Assembly: GCA_964016885.1 (NCBI GenBank)
Contig: OZ024745.1
Location: 17,236,001 to 17,300,000, forward strand
Direction of reading: 5' to 3'
Origin: Eledone cirrhosa
Lineage: Eukaryota
Length of the DNA stretch: 64,000 bases
In this document: positions 55,510 to 64,000 of the stretch, in pieces
How positions within the stretch are numbered: position 1 is the stretch's first letter
Layout: each line of letters starts with the position of its first letter
Notes under the pieces: model-generated
Database searches by the model: none
Told to the model about the DNA's origin: nothing
Seen by the model: only the letters and a program-made list of their open reading frames with translations
Program-made: the position numbers and the translations under genes

Positions 55510-56165
55510 ACTTCTACAGGACTAGAACTGTTTCATTCGTGAGAAATCATCCGGAAGCTGGCTGTCCAAGTGTGTGTATTTATATATTTGTATATATGTA
55601 TGTGTGTATTTACCATTATGTATGTTTGTTGTGTATGTGCCTGCCCATGTGTGCGTGCGTGTATGTGTGTGTACGTGTGTACGTGAGCGCGTGTGTGAAT
55701 GTGTTTGTCGACACCTGGAATATTTATTAAGAGAAACTACACAATAAGGGGTCTCACCCAAACACTTGAATCTGTTGATGGAACTCTTTCGGCCTTTGTC
55801 ACCCTTAGTTCAGCCTTAAAAATTAGCTTCTAAAGAATTTCCCTTTTCTTTAAACCATTGAAAGCCACCCATCTTGTAGACACCTGTCTTACAGGCATTG
55901 TTAGTCTAAGTGATAAACAAGGATTGGTATTCCAATTTTGAATTGTTTACAGTATTCTTTCTGCCTTTGCTAATATTATAGCTTTTAAGAATTAGCTTTT
56001 AATGAACTCCCTTTTCTTTAAATCCTTCAACCAATGACCTACAGCCATCCCAATCCCCACCCTCTCCTACCACCAGATAAGGAAAGATATAAATACTACT
56101 ATTTACTTGGACAGCTAGCTTCCTGATGATTTCTCACGAATGAAACAGTTCTAGTCCTGTAGAAG
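55510..56165. mobile_element. PLE-type relic with ~60-bp inverted arms carrying a degenerate HHR (CTGATGA 56123, GAAA 56142)
   Basis: 55510-55570 mirrors 56107-56165. Stem I is unclear. Confidence 0.55.
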
Positions 56166-57188
56166 CTGTTCAATAGTAAAACCATCTCTCTATATATATA
56201 TCGTACGTATATTTGCTTGTATATATTATAGACGTATATATTATATAATATATACTGGTACATGTGCATATGGTTATGTGTATACGTGAGTTTTGCGTCT
56301 GTGTGAGTATGCGGATTCGTACGTATGTAGGGGGGGTGTATATGTCTACTTTGTGTTTTGGTTGACGTTGTTTAGCGAACATATGTGTACTTATATGTAG
56401 GTATGTGTGCGCGTGCGTTATATACGTATGTATGTGTGTATATTTATATACGTTTATATAATTATATATATACACGCACACACTCGCACATACATGTATA
56501 TATTTTTTATATATATTTTTGTGTGTGTTTGGTGTATACGTTCGTATGTGTGCGACTACAGGCGTTGCGTGTGTTCCGTATGTGCGTGCGTGTTCTTTTG
56601 TGTACTTGCTTGTATTTGCATACCCATGACGGGTGTTTTCGCGTATGCATGTGTATGTACGTATATGGATGCGTGCTTGTATATATTTAATTTTTGTTGA
56701 TTTCAATTACCTCTGTAATTTATTCACATTATTCTTAACTCTGAAGCCGAGAATCATTCGGTTTCCTAACAAGAATTTAGTCTACGACTTCAGTTATACC
56801 ATAAACGTGGTTTTGTCTTTGCGTGTAATTGTTTTCACCGCACCAAATGATGACGTATTATCTTCATTGTTTTCCTTTCATTGCCAGAGAACGTTTCCAA
56901 GAAACACCTAATAAAATATTAGTCTGCGACTTCATTTATACCATAAACGTCGTTTTGTCTTTGCGTGTAATTGTTTTCCCGCACCAAATAATGACGTATT
57001 ATCTTCGTTTATTTTGTTCTTTGCCAGGGAAGGTTTCCAAGAACCAAAGTATCGTCTTCCTGTCTTCCTCCGGTTGCAACGTTTTTCGAAATATTTACTT
57101 CTCCATTGACAGATTGATTTTTTTTTAGCTTCAGAATGTCTCGTTAAGGGTGAAAGGAGCGATTATTTGCTTAAAATTCAATCTATTA

Positions 57189-57278
<90 letters not shown>

Positions 57279-57281
<3 letters not shown>

Positions 57282-57350
57282 ATGAGCTCGATACTCGAGA
57301 TTTATCCTTAATAGGATATCTCAAAATACGAACGAAACTATGGTAGAGAT
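57279..57350 (+). ncRNA. degenerate, 5'-clipped hammerhead-like motif
   Basis: TTGATGA-GCTCG..GAGAT..ATCCT/AGGAT..ATCTC..CGAAC-GAAA-CTATGG-TA, starting directly after (TA)n. Confidence 0.45.
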
Positions 57351-57631
57351 ATAATTACGGTATGTGCACGTTTTTTCTAACTTTAAATTTATACCTGATT
57401 GTGTATGGTTTACGATATATTTGGTCAGTTTCTACATGCTGTTGAAATGTTGGGTAAATACTCTATTGTGGTCAATCGCGAATTGGCTGCTTTCGGTTAT
57501 TTATCAAATATTTCTTCATAGGAGCCTTTATTCTTATAGCCTGGTCTAATTGATTTTTTTATATGGTTAATTATGCTAATTGGGAGAGGAAATTGTATAC
57601 ATTTTACTAATAATTCTAAGGACATGATTTA

Positions 57632-57697
<66 letters not shown>

Positions 57698-57741
57698 ATA
57701 TATATGTATGTATATATAAATATAAATATATATATATAATA

Positions 57742-58190
<449 letters not shown>

Positions 58191-58207
58191 ATATATATAT
58201 AATATTA

Positions 58208-58395
58208 TAGGGTGGATTGGCAGTATCGGTAGAGGGTCGGACGCAATGCTTTCCAGCATACTTACGTCCCTTTACGATCTGAGTTCAAATCCCGCCGAGG
58301 TTGACTTTGCCTTTCATCCTTACGGGGTCGATAAAATAAAGTACCAGTAATGCACTGTGTATTTGCTGGCCTTGTGCCTAAATTAGAAACAATTA
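58208..58395 (+). mobile_element. full-length tRNA-derived SINE
   Basis: A-box TGGCAGTATCGG, B-box GAGTTCAAATCC, same body as 53079. Confidence 0.88.
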
Positions 58396-58560
58396 TTTAT
58401 TCTTATATATACACTATATATAATTATAAACAGGAAAGGTCAGTAATTCATTATTACCGTATTACCATTAATAAAAGAGCTCAATGTAAATACATCGGAT
58501 GTTTTACAGAGCAGGAATATAAATTACATAATAATCAAAACTATGTTCAAAACATTTTAT

Positions 58561-58607
58561 TGCTGACAATTGTTTCTTCCAAACTTTCGTTTGGGATCAT
58601 CGGAGCA
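58561..58607 (-). ncRNA. minimal type I hammerhead ribozyme, family I (CCGATGA core)
   Basis: Reverse complement reads TGCT-CCGATGA-TCCCAAAC-GAAA-GTTTGGAA-GAAA-CAATTG-TC-AGCA. Confidence 0.78.
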
Positions 58608-59738
58608 CTAGCAAAATGAAGACATATAATTAACTTCCTATTCGACAGAACAATCATATAGATACATAGATATTAATGTTGTCATCAACAGTTTACTATT
58701 TACAGAGTGGAGATGTTGAGGTCAGTAACAGTGGATGTGACAAAGATTACAAAAGAATAGTATAACAGTTAAAGAGGCATTAAGGCAGAAAGTTACTCGC
58801 AAAACGAGGACATTAGCAGTACATATGTAAGTGTATAGAGAGTGCAAATGTGTTAGTCATGTACAGAATAGATAAGTAGGAAACAAGCAATGGTACTAGG
58901 CATATATATATCACAGTATGGCAAAGGTATCACATAATATAACACAGGTTTACAAGCATATTAAGCAGACAAAGATGTTAGTGTATTAAAAGTAGTTTCT
59001 ATGAAGTTTATGGTGGATATAGTGTGATAATTGTTCCTGTAATGTTCAAAGGTGCATCTGTTGAGATTATTAATATTAATGTTTTCTATTTCAATACATT
59101 GGTTACATTTCAGTGAATGTTTATAAGTAGCTACAACTATGGATTGTATATTGGTCCTATTATACTCTTATCCAGGGTTCGAGTTAGAGCATTATTATAC
59201 TCTTATTCAGGCAGTGAGTTAGAGATCTATATTAAGCGGAGCTAATATGAAAGGGGAGGTAATTAGCGATTAATTTATATATAATAATAAACAAAATGTA
59301 TAGTTGTTTACAGTTTCAATTAGGTAAATTCCTTGTGCTAATATACAATATATTGTGCTATGAGTGAATCTCTAATATAATTATATAATGCTATTTATTT
59401 ATATATTTAATTTTAAATACAATCTATTTTCCTATAATACATTAAAGGTCTCATATTATTATCTATCCATTACTGAATAAAATATAAGTAAGCTATAGTA
59501 GTTATATTAAATGGTGGTGACTTTATGTTTATTTCCAATAGTTATTGTAGAGTATAATATTTGATATAAATAGGAGGTAAGTAGAGGAATGAGCTGATCA
59601 TAGAGTGTGATGCTGTGGGGGTAATTATATGCTGATAAAACCTTGAGGTAAAGTGTCAATGGTGGACAACATTAATATGTATGTATCTATATGAGTGTTC
59701 TATCGAATAGGAAGTTAATTATGTCTAAACTTTGCTAG

Positions 59739-59785
59739 TGGTCCGATGATTCCAAACGAAAGTTTGGAAGAAACGATTGTCAGCA
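59739..59785 (+). ncRNA. minimal type I hammerhead ribozyme, family I
   Basis: CCGATGA-TTCCAAAC-GAAA-GTTTGGAA-GAAA-CGATTG-TC-AGCA. Confidence 0.75.
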
Positions 59786-59813
59786 ATGAAACGTTTTGAA
59801 CATAGTTTTGATT

Positions 59814-61245
59814 GCACCTCCTGCAACCTAGTCTACGGACTTACGTCGGACAGACGGGCCGTCGCCTGGCGGACCGTTTCACTGAGCACCTCCGGGATAT
59901 TCGTCTCGGTGGTAGTTCCCCCATCGCCTGCCACTTTGGTGCCCCTGGACATTCCGCACGCCATCTCACAGTCTGTGGCCTACTCCAATGCCACGGAACA
60001 CCCGCCAATCTCCTCAGAGTCGAACAAAGAACCATCTTCATCTTACAGACCCACACTCCCCTCGGCCTGAACTCCCCATCCTTATTTCTTTAGCCTTCGA
60101 CCGCCCCTCCCCCCGCACATATCCCCCACTAACACCACTAACACACCCCTCCTTTTCACCGCCCACCCCACAAATAACAATACTAACACCTCCAATCCAC
60201 CCCTCATCCGACCACCCTTCCCCAACTAACATACTAACATCCCTCCCTTCTTCTCCTCCCTCCCTCCTTATCACACGCACACACCCACCGGCACATATAT
60301 ACACGCGCTCACACTAAACACACACCCTACTACCACCACTAACCCTCACCCCCACACCCCCATTCCAACACCCCGCAACTAACATCACTAACACCCCCTG
60401 ACCCCAAGCACACGAACACACGCACCCACTTGCACCACCCACCCCACACGCAACTAACATCACTAACACCCCCCAACCCCACGCACACGTACACACACAC
60501 CCTCGTACACCACCAACTCTACACACCCTACCACCACTAACCCCCACCCACACCTGCATTCAACCCTTTCTCCACCTCCCGTATACTAACACCCACTAAC
60601 ACCCCCTTCATCAAACTACACACACACCAGTACACCACACTCCCTCCATCGACCCCCAGACCCTTCTCTCCCAGCTCCACCCACACCCTTTCTCCACACT
60701 CACTCATCCCACTAACACCTCTACTAATACACACACACACCCTCCTCACTCCAACTTTCACACCTACCCATCCTCGCCCCTTTACCATTCCACCCGACTG
60801 CTGCTATGCCCTCTGACCACCTCCCAGCACAAACAGACTCACAGCACTCCCACCGCCTTGACCCCTTCCTGTTCCGCGTGCACCCCACATCTCTCCTCTT
60901 CCGACCATCGCTTCATGGAATACTCGTACGTGGAACTTGACCACCGTGGAATCTACTACCATCATAGGAGTTTACCAACATTTCAACCACATCCTCTTAC
61001 GGAATCACCTATATAACACACCCACACACACACCCAACATTTTTTTTCTCCCACACGCCACCTACACCCACAACACGCTTGAACCCCACACACACGTGTT
61101 TTCCACCACATATTTACACCTTCAGCCTCCGGATTCCTCTCCCCCCGACCCTCTATCCACACACGCATACCCACTCCGACCTACACCCCACCCCACACAC
61201 TTCTTCCTGAACATGCAACCCCGTTCTTCCCCCAACCCTTGCTTT

Positions 61246-61282
<37 letters not shown>

Positions 61283-64000
61283 ACACCTACACACACACAC
61301 CACCTTCAGCCCTCCCCGCTCGGACACCCCGTCTCCCTCTCCCCCACTCCACCCGCCACCACCCCTACACACCCCACACCCTTCCACCACCTGTTTTACC
61401 CCTTTTTAATTTCAGTTTATTTTGATCATGCTTTTATATTTATTTTTATTTCATTTCATTTTATTTTGATCATGCTTTATTTTTATTTTTATTTTTAATT
61501 TCATTCACACCGTTTCCTCCTACCCCCTCTTCGCTATATGTCTCTCCACCACTCCCCTACACACCCTTTGAATTCTCTTCCCACACACTTCTCACCTGAG
61601 GAAGGGGTTATGCCGCAAACGTCGTTCCCCACCACCACCCCACTCTCCAGAGCGTGAAATTAATAAGCATTCGTTGTACTGCCTCTCTGTTTTGTTCCTG
61701 TTCAAATTTTCCATTATATATAATACACGCTCACACGGCTTCCATTCCTTTGGAACATAACTTAACTACCGGCTCAACCCCGATCTAATCCGCCGTGACC
61801 ATTCTCCGAACTTTACACACCTTCCACACTTGGTCTTTCCTTCCACGCATTACCTCTGTTTGATTTTGTTACTGTACTTGTTTATTTCCGTATATGATTC
61901 TTTGCCTGTGTTCTTACAATTTTATTTCTATGATTTTTTGTTAACGATTGCCTGTGTTTTTAGCTTTATGATTTTTTTCTTTAATTTTCCTGTGTATTCT
62001 CACCCCTCCTTACGTTTTTCTGTTTCATTTTCCCTTCCCCGTCTCTGCCTATCCTTCGCACTCACTCCTTCGTTCACTCCACCCCGCTTCACACACCTGC
62101 TTCCTCATCCCTCCCTCTGCTTTCACCCAACGCCCACCATGCCCAGCCTGAGATCCTTTCTCCACCAACTACATACCAGCCTCAAACTTTTCTTCCCCCC
62201 CTCCTCCCCCCCTGCTATCTCCCCTCTGCCCTTCAACTCTCCTACCTTCTCTTCGCCAAAACCCGGCACTCCAGCCACATCCATTTCCTCAGCCAATGCC
62301 TCCGCCTCCACCTTATCCCCCTCGGCTTCCGTTTATACTTCCACCCTTCCCCTGCCGCTGCCCCCTCCACGCAACGTATCCTCACCCGATCCTCACGCCT
62401 CCTGATGCGCAACTTCATCCGCACCTCCCGTTCCACCCTCCGCCAACTTGACCACCAACTGACCCCCACCCTCCTCCGCCTTAACTCCACCCCCTCCTCG
62501 CCCAAGCCATCCTCTCCTTTATCCAAAACCTCAACCACAACCTCTTCTCTTTCCTCAGCTCCACCAAACCTGCAAGCTACACTCACTCCTCCCAACCACC
62601 CCCATCCACCACCACCCGCCCATCCCCATACGCCCCCCACTTTCCACCCCTCCTTCGACCCACAGCCCTACCCAATCTCCCCCCCCCCCCCCTCCACCAC
62701 CCCACACCCAAACCCCACCACTTGTTGTCACCATACCCCCTGACCTCCTCCTCTCCGCGCCTGAGCGCTCACGCCTTAGTAGAGGCCTTCGCTTCATACC
62801 CCACACTCCGCACAGCGACGAGTTCCGCACCCGAACGGAAGTCGAGCGATTCGTGAGACGCACGAAGCTACAGGCACATTTCGGCCGAACGCCACCGGCT
62901 CCGGACGCCCCAAACCCGTTTCTCGCCCTGAGCCGACGGCCATCTTCTTGGACGCCGGCCCCAGGGCGATTTAGCACCCTGGACGCGTTCGTCGATGCCA
63001 GCCGTAGCGCAGTAAATCGTTTCGACTTCCGCCACCGTTCCAAACGGAATAATATCTCACGGGGCGAACTCCTCGCTCTCCGCTCCCTCCGTAGCCGAGA
63101 TGACATCGTCATCAAACAAACCGGCGGACAAGGGAGGCGCCGTGGTGGTGTGCCGCGCGGACCTCTACACGGCCGAAGCCCTCAGGCAGCTCTGTAACCC
63201 CCTCTTCTACCGCCCTCTACCATCCGATCCCACACCCCTCTACCAACAACAAGTATCCTCCACCATCCAACATCTTGTCTCCTCCTCCCTCCTCCCCCCA
63301 CCGCTTCCCACCTCATCGTAGGCACCCCCCGCACCCCCACCATCTACTTCCTCCCCAAACTCCACAAACCCGACAACCCCGGCCGCCCCATCGTCTCCGC
63401 TTGCAACTGCCCCACTGAACTCATCTCCGCCTTTCTCGACTCCATCCTCGCCCCCCTTGTCACCACCCTCCCCTCCCACATCTCCGACACCAACCACGCC
63501 CTGCGCCTTTTCGACTCCTTCACCTACCCACCCGGCCCACAGCCCTTCCTCTTCACCCTAGACACCAAGTCCCTCTATACCGTCATCCCCCACGCCGACG
63601 GCCTACGCGCCTTCAAACACTACCTCGAACTTCGCCCCTCCCCCATTCCCTCCACCCCCCCTCCTTCGCCGAGCTGGTCCTCACCCTCAATTGTTTCTCC
63701 TTCTCGGGTGAGTTTTACCAACAGGCCACGGGGGTAGCCATGGGTACAAGAATGGACCCGAACTATGCCAACCTTTTTGTTGGCCATGTTGAGGCCCAAA
63801 TCTTTGCCCAGTACACCGGCCCCACGCCCGAACTGTACGGTCGTTACATTGACGAATGTATCGGAGCCACGACCCTCACCCGAGAACAGCTCGACTCCTT
63901 TCTCTCCTTCTTCTGCTCCTTCCACCCCTCCCTCCACTTCACCACCTCTATCTCCACCACCACGCCACTTCTTAGACATCTCCGTCGCCTTCGACCCCTC
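59814..64000 (+). mobile_element. C-rich Neptune-type PLE in partial tandem (GIY-YIG end 59814-60093, long 3' UTR to ~61716, next unit running off the window)
   Basis: YVGQTGRRLADRFTEH..IACHF..EQRTIF.L.T..PLGLN. Degenerate HHR CTGAGGA at 61596. Second ORF from 62139. Confidence 0.9.
62139..64000 (+). pseudogene. Neptune-type PLE reverse transcriptase, multiply frameshifted
   Basis: LSRGLRFIP, DDIVIK.ADKGGAVVV, YFLPKLHK, GRPIVS, TLDTKSLYTVIPH, GVAMGT..PNYANLF, YGRYIDE, FLDI, spread over different frames. Confidence 0.9.

Larger units (their letters stand above)
58425..59813 (-). mobile_element. non-coding PLE 3'-region insertion with inverted arms (58534-58652, 59697-59813)
   Basis: The arms are reverse complements and each holds HHR family I. 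Orientation is inferred. Confidence 0.7.

Overview
AT-rich animal genomic DNA, most likely an octopus (inferred from the tRNA-derived SINE family and the repeat landscape). There is no confidently identifiable host gene. Most ORF-track entries are microsatellite translations or antisense shadows. The window is dominated by Penelope-like retroelements (PLEs) inserted into (TA)n tracts: one full-length but disabled Naiad-type element, several 5'-truncated Naiad-type copies, two Neptune-type copies and many non-coding relics. It also holds fragments of CRE, R4/Dong, Tx1/L1 and RTE non-LTR retrotransposons, Helitrons and SINEs. Reading by eye gives about 25 type I hammerhead ribozyme (HHR) motifs from roughly 10 sequence families, several with variant cores (U3-A8, C4). 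The most notable observations are: (i) a ~425-bp non-coding HHR monomer in partial tandem that looks like a retrozyme mobilised by PLE machinery; (ii) a CRE ORF fragment packaged between PLE inverted pLTR arms; (iii) a rule that each insertion pairs one fixed 'long' and one fixed 'short' 3' end, pointing to two separate priming events; (iv) PLEs that carry their own (TA)n targets and so nest inside each other. All structures and identities were judged by eye and coordinates of degenerate relics are approximate.
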